A stretch of 64,000 nucleotides of DNA from an uncultured Roseicyclus sp. GTDB lineage: Bacteria > Pseudomonadota > Alphaproteobacteria > Rhodobacterales > Rhodobacteraceae. The first letter of the stretch is position 1. Each line of letters opens with the position of its first letter. Under the pieces are notes generated by a model. The model ran no database searches and was not told the DNA's origin. It saw only the letters and a program-made list of their open reading frames with translations. The position numbers and the translations under genes are program-made. Below are positions 1-9,262 of this stretch, one piece after another. The DNA is taken from positions 337,400-401,399 of the forward strand of contig CANLEH010000003.1 of NCBI GenBank assembly GCA_947489665.1. The letters are read 5' to 3'.

Positions 1-510
1 GCTTGGGCAGCTTTCGGGCACCGGCGCCCAGAACGTGCCCGCATAAGGCACGAAGCCTGCAAAGGTCTCACCCATGCCGCAGGCGAGCGTCCATGTCATC
101 ATGCCGCCTGCGCTGAAGCCGGTGGCGATCAGGCGCTCGCGGTCCAGATCGATCCGCCCTGCCACATCGTCGATCACGGCCGCTACATATTCGTATTCCC
201 GCGCCTCGGCCTGATCAGGTTCGCGCGGGCGGTGGGCCAGGTTCCAATCATCGGCATCCGCGTTCATCGCGATGAACGCCATCCCCAACCGATCCGCCAT
301 CTCGCGCAACGCCGCATTCCGCATCGCGCCATTCGCGCTGCCGCGATAACCGTGCGCATGGAAAAAAGCGCCGACGGGACCTTCGACGCTTTCGGGCATG
401 TAGTAGCGGTAGGTGCGGTCGCCGCCCGGAACAGAGCAATCGGTATCCGGTCCGCAAGCGGGGGCAGGCGTGGCGGTCAGAGCAAGTAAGGCGGCGAGAA
501 CGTGGCGCAT
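1..510 (-). CDS. Polyhydroxybutyrate-depolymerase-family esterase (LpqC-like), 5' part only; gene runs off the left window edge
   Basis: Not in the ORF track because it is open to the edge. My translation of the minus strand from ATG 510..508 gives MRHVLAALLALTATPAPACGPDTDC (signal peptide), then HAHGYRGS and GFSAGGMM (G-x-S-x-G nucleophile elbow), as in LpqC/PHB-depolymerase-type esterases. Confidence 0.6.
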   Translation of the reverse strand, partial: MRHVLAALLALTATPAPACGPDTDCSVPGGDRTYRYYMPESVEGPVGAFFHAHGYRGSANGAMRNAALREMADRLGMAFIAMNADADDWNLAHRPREPDQAEAREYEYVAAVIDDVAGRIDLDRERLIATGFSAGGMMTWTLACGMGETFAGFVPYAGTFWAPVPESCPS

Positions 511-582
511 CGGGGACTCCATCAAAGCATGTGCTTCAACGGTGGAAGATAGCGCGCCGGGATGCACATCACACCCAAGTGA

Positions 583-1536
583 TCAGCCCCACAAAGCGGC
601 GTCCGGCGGATACACGGTCGAGCCATCAAACCGCAGCGGCGGCACCCGATCCTCGGCCAGCAGGAGCGGCCCATCCAGGTCTACAATCTCCGCCCCTTGC
701 GCCACGATCATCGCGGGCGCCATGGCGAGCGACGAGCCCACCATGCAGCCCACCATCACCGTGTAGCCCTCTGCCCGAGCGGCATCGCGCAAAGCCAGCG
801 CCTCGGTCAGCCCGCCGGTCTTGTCGAGCTTGATGTTCACCATGTCGTACTTGCCCTTGAGCCCGGGCAGGGAGGCCCGATCATGGCAAGACTCATCCGC
901 ACAAACGGGCAGGGGCCGTTCAATCTCGGCCAGCATATCGTCCCCACCGGCAGGCAAAGGCTGCTCCACCATCTGCACGCCCAACCGCACCAGATGCGGC
1001 GCAAGGTCGGAATAAACCTCCGCCGTCCAGCCTTCATTCGCGTCGATGATGATCGGCGTCTTCGGCGCGCCTGCGCGCACCGCCTCCAGCCGCGCCATAT
1101 CACCCGCACTGCCGAGTTTGATCTTCAGAAGCGGGCGGTGACTGTGCTTCGCCGCCGACGCCCGCATCTTCTCAGGCTCATCCAGCGACAGCGTATAGGC
1201 GCTCACCACTGGCCCGGGCGCGGGCTCATTCAGCAACTCCCACGCTCGCATCCCTGTTGCCTTGCACTCCGCATCGATGACCGCGCAATCCACGGCATTG
1301 CGCGCAGCACCAGCCGGCATCGCCGCACTGTCACCGTTGTCGATGTAGCTCTGGATCTGCGCCTCGACGCTCTCCATGGTCTCACCATAACGGGCATAGG
1401 GCACGCATTCACCGTGCCCCTTGCCGCTGGCCCCTTGATCAATCTCGAACGTCAGCACCTGCGCCTCGGTCCGCGATCCGCGAGAGATCGTGAACACCTC
1501 GGCCAGACGAAAGCTGTCGTGCGTGATCCGATACAT
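583..1536 (-). CDS. dgcA: Enolase-superfamily epimerase, N-acetyl-D-glutamate racemase (DgcA-like) / L-Ala-D/L-Glu epimerase family
   Basis: 317-aa ORF with mandelate-racemase/muconate-lactonizing-type blocks KIKLG, IIDANEGW, VEQPL and CADES. Its ATG overlaps the stop of the upstream DUF1611 gene (TGATG), the pairing described for DgcN-DgcA. Confidence 0.7.
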   Translation of the reverse strand: MYRITHDSFRLAEVFTISRGSRTEAQVLTFEIDQGASGKGHGECVPYARYGETMESVEAQIQSYIDNGDSAAMPAGAARNAVDCAVIDAECKATGMRAWELLNEPAPGPVVSAYTLSLDEPEKMRASAAKHSHRPLLKIKLGSAGDMARLEAVRAGAPKTPIIIDANEGWTAEVYSDLAPHLVRLGVQMVEQPLPAGGDDMLAEIERPLPVCADESCHDRASLPGLKGKYDMVNIKLDKTGGLTEALALRDAARAEGYTVMVGCMVGSSLAMAPAMIVAQGAEIVDLDGPLLLAEDRVPPLRFDGSTVYPPDAALWG

Positions 1537-2537
1537 CAGATCGCTTCCAAGGCATCACACAGCTTGCCCGCACCCTGACGGAACGGGTCGCAGGTGGGCA
1601 GGCCCATGCGCTTCTCGACACCTTCCAGATACGTCAACGCCTCATCCTCACCCATCGCAGCCGTATTCACCGAAATCCCAACAACCTCCGCCGCCGGATT
1701 GGCGATCTTCGCCAACGGCAGCGCCATGTCGCGCAGCGCCTCAAGCGACGGCAATTCATAACTCGGCAGGCCGCGCATGTGCTTTCGCGTGGGTTCATGG
1801 CTCAGGATCAGCGCATCAGGCTGCCCGCCGTGGATCAACGCCATCGTCACACCGGAATAGGAGACGTGGAACAAGCTGCCCTGCCCCTCGATCATGTCCC
1901 AGTGATCGTCGTCATTGTCAGGCGTCAGCCATTCGACGGCACCGGCCATGAAATCGGCAATCACCGCGTCCAGCGGCACGCCGTCACCAGTCACCAGAAT
2001 GCCCGTCTGCCCCGTCGCCCGGAACGAAGACTTCAGCCCACGCGCCTTCATCTCCTTGTCCATCGCCAGCGACGTGTACATCTTGCCGACCGAACAATCG
2101 GTGCCCACGGCAAGGCAACGCTTGCCGGAGCGCTTCACACCATTGGCAATCGGGTAGTCGACCGACGGGATGCGCACATCGTGCAACTCGCGGCCATATT
2201 CCTTGGCCACGGCCACCAGATCCGGCTCATCGCGCAGCAGGTTATGCAGGCCGGAGGCCAGGTCAAACCCCTCGCTCAGCGCCTCGATCAGCACGCGCTT
2301 CCACGCGCTGGAGATTACGCCGCCGCGGTTGGCCACACCCACCACCAGCGTTTTCGCGCCGGAGGCCTTGGCAGCCGCCAAATCCATGTCCGCCACTTTC
2401 ACGTCTGCGCCGCAGCCGTCCATGCGGAATTGGCCGATTACGTTCTCCGGGCGCCAATCACGGATGCCCTGGGCCACTTTTGCGGCAAGCTGGTCGGGCG
2501 CATCGCCCAAGAACAGGAGGTACGGTGTTTCGATCAT
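1536..2537 (-). CDS. dgcN: DUF1611-family protein, D-glutamate N-acetyltransferase (DgcN-like)
   Basis: 333-aa ORF MIETPYLLFLGDAPD... with a VGTDCSVGKM block typical of DUF1611. It is translationally coupled to the epimerase gene downstream. Confidence 0.65.
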   Translation of the reverse strand: MIETPYLLFLGDAPDQLAAKVAQGIRDWRPENVIGQFRMDGCGADVKVADMDLAAAKASGAKTLVVGVANRGGVISSAWKRVLIEALSEGFDLASGLHNLLRDEPDLVAVAKEYGRELHDVRIPSVDYPIANGVKRSGKRCLAVGTDCSVGKMYTSLAMDKEMKARGLKSSFRATGQTGILVTGDGVPLDAVIADFMAGAVEWLTPDNDDDHWDMIEGQGSLFHVSYSGVTMALIHGGQPDALILSHEPTRKHMRGLPSYELPSLEALRDMALPLAKIANPAAEVVGISVNTAAMGEDEALTYLEGVEKRMGLPTCDPFRQGAGKLCDALEAI

Positions 2538-2687
2538 GGCTGTGCATCCCCGGGGGCCGAATTTTCGTCGAGTCGCACCATATGTGCGACCCGGCGCAAT
2601 TACTTCGGAAAGGCTGCGTGCAATAAGGCCAGCGGCGGGAGATTATCGCGCCAACAGGCCAGTGCGCGGGGGATCCGTGCGCATGCT

Positions 2688-3038
2688 CTACGCTTTGGAC
2701 AACAATCCAATCGGGCGATTGGCCCGTTGCTCGAAATCAACCGGCGGCGCGGGGACTGCGGCCGTGTTGCGTTTGAAGTCGTACCGCATCAGATCACCGG
2801 CCTCAGCCGAGGCAACGATCAGCGCCTGATACAGGTGCCGCGGTCCCTCATAAATATCCACCAGACCGCGCAGGCGCGGGGCCTCATCGGTGGCCACGGC
2901 AAAGCCGTTGTCTGACATCTCAAGGATCGCAAACGCCTCATCCCCGATATGAACGGAACGGGTCGCGCGCTTGCGCTTCGCTTTGCGGTGCGCGGCGGCC
3001 AGCTGGTCGCGCACCTCTTTGGGCAGGTATTCAGACAT
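2688..3038 (-). CDS. Small hypothetical protein, tentatively PilZ-like
   Basis: 116-aa ORF with ATG at 3038 preceded by AGAGGA. It has RKAKR followed about 25 aa later by EMSDNG, resembling the PilZ RxxxR ... (D/N)xSxxG pair. The function call is weak. Confidence 0.4.
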   Translation of the reverse strand: MSEYLPKEVRDQLAAAHRKAKRKRATRSVHIGDEAFAILEMSDNGFAVATDEAPRLRGLVDIYEGPRHLYQALIVASAEAGDLMRYDFKRNTAAVPAPPVDFEQRANRPIGLLSKA

Positions 3039-3266
3039 CGCATCCTCTGCGGTCAGATAAAGGCCGTTCGATCAATAACTTGGACGTGGTTAATGTCAGG
3101 TCAATGACGGAACTCCGCCGATTTAGCGGCATCGCAGCATGGAGAGTGGACAGGCGCGCTAATCCGCCCGATTCTATTGGAAATCGCAGGAATGCGGCAG
3201 CGCAGAGAACTTATATAAGAATTGCGCATGATCTGTCAGTCGACTTGAGCGGGTTGCAAAAATACC

Positions 3267-3806
3267 ATGTATCACGCCGAAAACGCGGCCTTGAGATTCG
3301 TGAATTCCATCGAGGATGATGGAAAGACGCGGGGCAAAAATGCGTTCCGGGACCAGGCCGGATTACTACACCTTGTGGCTGATCCTGCGCTGCCATCCGC
3401 ACGCGCCGTTCCATTGGAAGAGCTTCTGGCATTTCGTGAGGCGCTCTTTTCAACCCTGTCTGCCATCGCCGCAGGAACCGCGCCCGATCCGGCGCACGAC
3501 ATGGTCGTGCGATCGGCGATCTCAGCGGCCCTGGCGCGGGTCGCGCTGTCGATATCGCCCGACGGTCTGCGCCTCGGCCCCGGTCCTGAAAGCACGCAAA
3601 CCGACGTACTGGCGCTGTCCGCCTATGATCTTCTGAGGTCAGACGACATCACCCGCCTGAAGGAATGCCACCGCTGCACACGCATGTTCATCGACCGGGG
3701 GCGCGGCAAGGGGCGGCGCTGGTGCGACATGTCCCGCTGCGGCAACCGCGCCAAGGCCGAAAGCTTCCGCGCCCGCAAGCGTGCCGAAGGGGAAGCTGTG
3801 CGCTGA
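3267..3806 (+). CDS. CGNR zinc-finger domain protein (ABATE + CGNR)
   Basis: 179-aa ORF. The N-terminus ALRFVNS resembles the ABATE start. The C-terminus CHRCTRMFIDRGRGKGRRWCDMSRCGNRAKAESFRAR is the CGNR zinc-finger signature. Confidence 0.8.
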   Translation: MYHAENAALRFVNSIEDDGKTRGKNAFRDQAGLLHLVADPALPSARAVPLEELLAFREALFSTLSAIAAGTAPDPAHDMVVRSAISAALARVALSISPDGLRLGPGPESTQTDVLALSAYDLLRSDDITRLKECHRCTRMFIDRGRGKGRRWCDMSRCGNRAKAESFRARKRAEGEAVR

Positions 3807-3892
3807 TGCGGAACCGCACGTGCGCCCTTGGGCGTTTATGCGAGGAAAGGGGCGGTCTATCTCGCCCTCGAGCACAGCGAAGGAGCTTTCCC

Positions 3893-4882
3893 ATGGGCCT
3901 GTTGATTGACGGCGAATGGCACGACACGTGGTACGACACCAAGAAATCCGGCGGCGCGTTCAAACGCACCGAGGCGCAGTTTCGCAATTGGATCACCGCC
4001 GATGGCAGCGCTGGTCCAACGGGTGAGGGCGGCTTCAAGGCCGAATCTGGCCGCTACCACCTTTACGTCTCTCACGCCTGCCCATGGGCCAACCGCACCC
4101 TGATCTTCCGCGCGTTGAAGGGGCTTGAGGATCACATCGACATCTCGGTCGTCCACCCTGACATGCTCGGCGACGGCTGGACCTTCGACGATGGCTATAA
4201 CGGCGCCACCGGCGACACGCTCTACAACCTGCCCTTTGCCCGGGACCTCTATGTCAAGGCGCAGCCCGATGTGACCACCCGCGTCACCGTGCCGATCCTG
4301 TGGGACAAGCAGCGTGAGACCATCGTGTCGAACGAATCCTCCGAAATAACCCGCATGTTCAACACGGCCTTCAACGATCTCACCGGCAACACGGATGATT
4401 ACTACCCCGCCGACCTGCGCGAGAAGATCGACGCCATCAACGACCGCGTCTATTCCGAGGTGAACAACGGCGTCTACAAATCCGGCTTCGCCACCACGCA
4501 AGAGGCCTACGACAAAGCCGTCCACACCCTCTTCGATGCCCTCGATTGGCTTGAAGGCATCCTAAGCCAGAACCGCTACCTCACCGGCGACCGCCTGACC
4601 GAGGCCGATTGGCGCCTTTTCACCACGCTGATCCGGTTCGATCTGGTCTACCACCTGCACTTCAAGTGCAACCGTGCGCGGATCGTGGATTATCCCCACC
4701 TCTGGGCCTACACGCGCGAACTCTACCAACGCCCTGGCATTGCCGACACGATCAACTTCGACCACATCGTGCGCCACTACCATTACAGCCACGAGAGCAT
4801 TAACCCGCACCGCATCGTTCCGATCAATCCTGTGATCGATTGGCACGAGCCACACGGGCGCGAGGGCTTGCGGGCCGCTTGA
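3893..4882 (+). CDS. yqjG: Glutathionyl-hydroquinone reductase (Xi-class glutathione S-transferase, YqjG family)
   Basis: In frame with track ORF 3665..4882. I chose ATG 3893, preceded by AAGGAG. The sequence MGLLIDGEWHD...RYHLYVSHACPWANRTLI carries the Cys-Pro-Trp-Ala active-site motif of the YqjG/ECM4 family. Confidence 0.85.
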   Translation: MGLLIDGEWHDTWYDTKKSGGAFKRTEAQFRNWITADGSAGPTGEGGFKAESGRYHLYVSHACPWANRTLIFRALKGLEDHIDISVVHPDMLGDGWTFDDGYNGATGDTLYNLPFARDLYVKAQPDVTTRVTVPILWDKQRETIVSNESSEITRMFNTAFNDLTGNTDDYYPADLREKIDAINDRVYSEVNNGVYKSGFATTQEAYDKAVHTLFDALDWLEGILSQNRYLTGDRLTEADWRLFTTLIRFDLVYHLHFKCNRARIVDYPHLWAYTRELYQRPGIADTINFDHIVRHYHYSHESINPHRIVPINPVIDWHEPHGREGLRAA

Positions 4883-4903
4883 ATTCAGGCTTCAACCGGT
4901 GCC

Positions 4904-5857
4904 ATGGATGCCCCGGTTTCAAAACGCGATCACGGCGGCGGCCTCGACGCCGCCATGGCCCGCTACGGCGGAACGCGCGACCAGTGGCTCGACCTCTCGA
5001 CCGGCATCAACCCGGTCCCCTATCCCGTGGGAAATATCCCTGCTGAAGCTTGGACCCGCCTGCCCGATGCAGGCGCAATGGACCGGCTTCTGCAGGCCGC
5101 CCGCACGTTCTGGAACGTGCCCGACACCGCGCAGATCATCGCGGCCCCCGGCGTCTCGTCCCTGATCGCGCGCCTGCCGACGATGGTGCCGCCTGGTGCC
5201 TATATCCCCGGTCCCACCTACAACGAACACGCCGCCGCCTTTGCTGCACATGGCACGCTTGGCGATCCGACCGACCCTTCGAACCCGACCCATATCCACG
5301 TCCACCCGAACAACCCCGACGGCCGCTTCGCCGTGATCAACTGGGCGAAGAGCGCGCCGCTGACCGTCATCGACGAAAGCTTCGCTGAGACCTGCATGAC
5401 CGAGACCCTGATCGACCACACCGCCCGCCCCGGCGTGATCGTTTACAAGGGTCTGGGGAAGTTTTGGGGCCTCGGTGGCCTCCGCCTCGGCTTTGCCATC
5501 GGCCAGCTCGAAACGGTCGCACCCTTCGCCGAATTGCTCGGGCCGTGGCCGGTGTCCGGCCCCGCGCTCGAGGTCGGCGCACGCGCGCTGGAAGACCACG
5601 CCTGGGCCGACGCCACCCGTGCGCGCCTCACCGCTGACACCGCCCGCCTCGACGCCCTGGTCACCGCCCAGGGCGCGACCCTTGTCGGCGGCACGACGCT
5701 CTTCCGCACCTACGCTGTCCGCAATGCCGCCGCCCTCCAAACCCAACTCGCGGCGTCCCACATCTGGACCCGCATCTTCCCCTATTCCGACGGCTGGATC
5801 CGTTTCGGCCTTCCGGGGACCGAGGCCCATTGGGCCCAACTCCAAGCCGCCCTATGA
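4904..5857 (+). CDS. cobD: Threonine-phosphate decarboxylase (cobalamin biosynthesis, class I/II aminotransferase fold)
   Basis: 317-aa ORF with N-terminal KRDHGGG...LDLSTGINP typical of CobD/CobC. It is followed by cbiB with an ATGA overlap. Confidence 0.75.
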   Translation: MDAPVSKRDHGGGLDAAMARYGGTRDQWLDLSTGINPVPYPVGNIPAEAWTRLPDAGAMDRLLQAARTFWNVPDTAQIIAAPGVSSLIARLPTMVPPGAYIPGPTYNEHAAAFAAHGTLGDPTDPSNPTHIHVHPNNPDGRFAVINWAKSAPLTVIDESFAETCMTETLIDHTARPGVIVYKGLGKFWGLGGLRLGFAIGQLETVAPFAELLGPWPVSGPALEVGARALEDHAWADATRARLTADTARLDALVTAQGATLVGGTTLFRTYAVRNAAALQTQLAASHIWTRIFPYSDGWIRFGLPGTEAHWAQLQAAL

Positions 5858-6765
5858 CCGCCCCCGCCATCCTCGCCGCCGCGCTGATCCTCGACGCCCT
5901 GCTTGGCGAGCCCAATTGGCTCTGGTCCCGCGTCCCCCATCCCGCCGTCCTCATGGGTCGCCTCGTGGGCTACTGCGACCGAACATTTAACCAAGGCAAT
6001 GCCCGCAAACTCAAAGGCGTCGCCGTCACAGCCGCCCTCTCCGCCCTTGCCATCACCCTCGGCCTGCCGATCCAGAGCCTCCCTCTTGGCTGGCTCTGGT
6101 CCCTGATCCTGACCGCCATCCTCCTCGCGCAACGCAGCCTGACCGAGCACGTCACCGCCGTCGCCGACGCCTTGCGCCTCTCCCTCCCCGAAGGCCGGAA
6201 AACTGTCTCCATGATCGTTGGCCGCGACCCCGAGGCATTGGACGAGCCCGCCGTCGCCCGCGCTGCCATCGAAAGCGCGGCTGAGAACCTCTCCGACGGC
6301 GTCATCGCTCCCGCCTTCTGGTTCCTCGTTGCGGGCCTGCCCGGCATCCTCGCCTACAAGATCATCAACACCGCGGACTCAATGATTGGCCACCGCACCC
6401 CGCGCTACGCCGACTTTGGTTGGGCCGCCGCCCGCCTCGACGATGTCCTCAACTACATACCCGCCCGCCTCACCGCGCTGCTGATCGCGCTGACCACCAA
6501 GCTCAGTGCCCTCAAGATCGCCGCCCAAGACGGCCCCAAACACCGCTCGGTCAACGCTGGCTGGCCCGAAGCCGCCATGGCCGCCGCCCTTGGCCTCTCC
6601 CTCTCCGGCCCGCGCGCTTACGGCGGTGAAATGACCAACGACCCCCCGATGAACGCCCATGGCACGCGCGACGCGACCCCGGGCGACATCGCGGCGGCCG
6701 TCAGTGTCCTGTGGCGGGTGTGGGCGCTGCTGCTGGCGATGGTCACCGCCCTGGCGCTGGTCTAA
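5854..6765 (+). CDS. cbiB: Adenosylcobinamide-phosphate synthase
   Basis: Track ORF 5830..6765. The start was moved to ATG 5854, which overlaps the cobD stop (ATGA). The sequence MTAPAILAAALILDALLGEPNWLWSRVPHPAVLMGR is a CbiB-type membrane protein. Confidence 0.8.
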   Translation: MTAPAILAAALILDALLGEPNWLWSRVPHPAVLMGRLVGYCDRTFNQGNARKLKGVAVTAALSALAITLGLPIQSLPLGWLWSLILTAILLAQRSLTEHVTAVADALRLSLPEGRKTVSMIVGRDPEALDEPAVARAAIESAAENLSDGVIAPAFWFLVAGLPGILAYKIINTADSMIGHRTPRYADFGWAAARLDDVLNYIPARLTALLIALTTKLSALKIAAQDGPKHRSVNAGWPEAAMAAALGLSLSGPRAYGGEMTNDPPMNAHGTRDATPGDIAAAVSVLWRVWALLLAMVTALALV

Positions 6766-6769
6766 CGCC

Positions 6770-7603
6770 TCACCCCTCCACCGGCGCCAAGACCCGCCGA
6801 TACAAATGCCATGTCGCGTGCCCAAGGATCGGCAACGTAAAGATCAGACCCAGAAAGGCGGGCACCAGCGACAGCACCATCGTGACCGAGACGATCGCCG
6901 CCCAGCCCAGCATCACCACCGGGTTTTCCACAACAGCCCGAACCGACGTCACCATCGCGGTCACAAAATTCGTCTCCCGGTCCAGCAACATCGGCATCGC
7001 AATCACCGTCACCGCAAACAGAACCGCTGACAAAGCCGCGCCAACCACGGTGCCCACGGCAAGGAAGGTCCAGCCCTCCGGCGTGAAGAAGACCACATTC
7101 AGAAAGCCCTCGAAATCCGAGAAGGAGGAATTCTGCAAGATCAGCGCCAACCAAAGCCGGATCTGGTAAACCCACACCCAGAAGACGAACAGCGTGACAA
7201 ACGCCATCCAGCCCATCTCGCGGTTCCTTTGGTTGGCCATAACCGTCAGGATCTCGGACCAGCCGAAAGGCTCACCCCGCTCCATCCGGCGCGACATCTC
7301 GTAAAGCCCCGCTGCCGCGAATGGCGCGACCAACGGAAAGCCCACGGCGGCGGGAATGATCATCCACAGCATCTCAAGCCAGACGAGGCACCAGACGAAG
7401 AAGATCCCGAATATCGCGTAGAACAGCCCGAAAAAGCCACTCATCACGGGCCGCGCCAGAAAGTCAGAAAACCCCGCTTTAAGGGACGCGCGAATGTCTT
7501 CAGCGGTGACAGCATTCACACGCGGCATCTCTTGCCGATGCGGCGACAGATCTTTCGGTGGTGTGGAACCTGCGGAACCGGACGTCATGTCATATCCTTC
7601 CAA
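6770..7603 (-). CDS. Integral membrane protein, DUF2189-like
   Basis: 277-aa ORF with several hydrophobic spans (FGLFYAIFGIFFVWCLVWL, MIIPAAVGFPLVAPFAAAGL, and others). The family assignment is from memory of COG5473/DUF2189. Confidence 0.55.
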   Translation of the reverse strand: MEGYDMTSGSAGSTPPKDLSPHRQEMPRVNAVTAEDIRASLKAGFSDFLARPVMSGFFGLFYAIFGIFFVWCLVWLEMLWMIIPAAVGFPLVAPFAAAGLYEMSRRMERGEPFGWSEILTVMANQRNREMGWMAFVTLFVFWVWVYQIRLWLALILQNSSFSDFEGFLNVVFFTPEGWTFLAVGTVVGAALSAVLFAVTVIAMPMLLDRETNFVTAMVTSVRAVVENPVVMLGWAAIVSVTMVLSLVPAFLGLIFTLPILGHATWHLYRRVLAPVEG

Positions 7604-7769
7604 GGCATGGCACCGCCCCGGTCATGTGTCACACGGCCCGGCGGTGATACTGACATCGCGCTTCCATGGGCGATCCTGCATCAGGTAGGTCATCAGAACA
7701 AGGTTGGGCTAAATCTCTCGTTCCTGCATCGGGGCGATCCACCCAGCCCCCTGCCAAACAGACCGGTGC

Positions 7770-7997
7770 TCAAGAACAGCAGGACACTCCGTTCTGGATC
7801 GGCGGGCACGCAACATCCCCGTAGGAACAATAAACGCAGCAATCCCCCTCGCGAGGGCGCAGCACAACGCGGCAGGACGTGCATTGGTAAAACCATTGGC
7901 AAGCATCCGTCGGCATCGTCTCCGCCTCAGCATGCCCGCATTCAGGGCAGGTGAGCGTCGACACCAAGGTCAACTCCGTCGCGTCTTTCGCCACCAT
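7770..7997 (-). CDS. GDCCVxC-domain small cysteine-rich protein
   Basis: 75-aa ORF containing CPECGH, CQWFYQCTSC and the literal GDCCVYC motif. It overlaps the end of a MerF-like ORF upstream. Confidence 0.8.
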   Translation of the reverse strand: MVAKDATELTLVSTLTCPECGHAEAETMPTDACQWFYQCTSCRVVLRPREGDCCVYCSYGDVACPPIQNGVSCCS

Positions 7998-8196
7998 GCG
8001 TACCCCGTCAGGAGAAGGAACCCGGCCAGCAGCGGCAACAGGATCGCGTCATTGTACAGGACTCCAATCAACCCAGTCATCCCAAGTGCGCCAAGCACGA
8101 TCGGCAAAAGCGGCGTGAAACAACACAGCGCGGCAAGGATTGACCCGACAATGCCTACGATCAGCAGTTTGTTGTTCAGCGCTCTCGCTCCAGCAT
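7970..8196 (-). pseudogene. MerF-like small membrane transporter ORF with no usable start: apparent 1-nt frameshift after codon 5-6, or a non-canonical start
   Basis: My minus-strand translation gives ...ARALNNKLLIVGIVGSILAALCCFTPLLPIVLGALGMTGLIGVLYNDAILLPLLAGFLLLTGYAWWRKTRRS*, with two TM helices and a vicinal CC as in MerF. That frame has no ATG/GTG/TTG between the upstream TGA and the first TM. ATG 8196 opens MLERER and then hits TGA. Deleting one base would give MLEREALNNKLL... Confidence 0.45.
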
Positions 8197-8409
8197 GGAT
8201 GTTGAATGGATCATAAGTGCAGCGGCAACAGAAAGATACTAACGCGCGACCCCGTCACCCAATCCGCACGTCCTTGCCCGCAAACCTACCTGCGACTGGC
8301 CTCGCCAAAACCGTCCTTTCGAAGGCACCCAGCAGGTCAATATCTGGCAGAAGACCTGGCCCGGTCCGAAGCGCCTTGAAACAACCGGGCTGAAACGGCG
8401 AACAGGCGA

Positions 8410-9036
8410 TCAGAACGTGATGGCTATACCCAATTCGAGCGTTTCCAGGTCGAAGTCGGGCAAAGGTATCGGCCCATCATCATAGAACTCGTAGACCGTC
8501 CACTGGGCTCCGACGAGCAGGTTGTCGAACACCTGAAAATCTGCACCGACCCCGAAAAACATGCCTTGTCGGTTAGTAAAAGTGGTTGGGAATTCGATGT
8601 ACGCTGATGCTGTGCCTGCCGTTCCGTAAGCCAGGATGCGGCCGAAGTCGTATCCCACCTCCGCGCCGAGCCGGTTGATCCTAACGTCTGGCCCTCCGCC
8701 AGTCACGATGACGCCTGGCGCCACAGTGTCTCTGGGCAAAGCGCCGGACAAGGATGCAACCTCAAGACCCACAACAATGTCACCAAAGTCGTGGCGTATG
8801 CCGCCAAAGATGCCAGAGAGATCGCCTTCAAAATCCGCCACGAAACCAAACGTTTCGAGGGATTCGTCAAGATGTGCATTTGCGCTGTACGTGACACCGA
8901 CATAGGCACCTGACCAACTGTTGTCCTCAACCGTGGTAGGTGCCGCGGCAACCGGAGCTGCAGGCGCAACTCCCCCGGCGAAGGCTGGCCCAATCGAAAC
9001 TGCGACGGCCAAAAAGAATGCAAGGCAAGTGCGCAC
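8410..9036 (-). CDS. Outer-membrane beta-barrel protein (OmpA-like / OMP_b-brl family)
   Basis: Track ORF 8410..9114. I prefer GTG 9036, preceded by AGGAGA at 6 nt spacing, giving signal peptide VRTCLAFFLAVAVSIGPAFA. The body has an alternating beta-strand pattern and ends in F (ELGIAITF). Confidence 0.7.
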   Translation of the reverse strand: MRTCLAFFLAVAVSIGPAFAGGVAPAAPVAAAPTTVEDNSWSGAYVGVTYSANAHLDESLETFGFVADFEGDLSGIFGGIRHDFGDIVVGLEVASLSGALPRDTVAPGVIVTGGGPDVRINRLGAEVGYDFGRILAYGTAGTASAYIEFPTTFTNRQGMFFGVGADFQVFDNLLVGAQWTVYEFYDDGPIPLPDFDLETLELGIAITF

Positions 9037-9262
9037 GGTAAGTCTCCTGCTAAGTACGGCATTAGTAACCGAATTCACATCGGTTGGCGCGGGACCCCAA
9101 AGCGTTGACCTCATCTATAGTGGCTTACACGCGACATCTGTGCGGATTGTCTAAAAGATGGCCGCGCCCGTTATGCCGCCTCGGCGGTTTTTCCACCCCC
9201 TTGCTTCACACCCCCCGCCCTGTATCTTCCCGCGCAAACACTTCACCAAAAGGGTCTTTTTT

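Noticed and set aside
3665-3892. Long N-terminal extensions in the ORF track. Examples are 3665 for yqjG, 9158 for the transglycosylase, 34000 for envC-like, 57494 for the SDR, 56204 for pmbA, 61584 for the GST, 32630 for the protease and 44078 for ccrM.
   Set aside because: The extensions overlap upstream genes or intergenic DNA and are Arg/Pro-rich. They precede internal ATGs that have Shine-Dalgarno sequences and family-typical N-termini, so the starts were trimmed.
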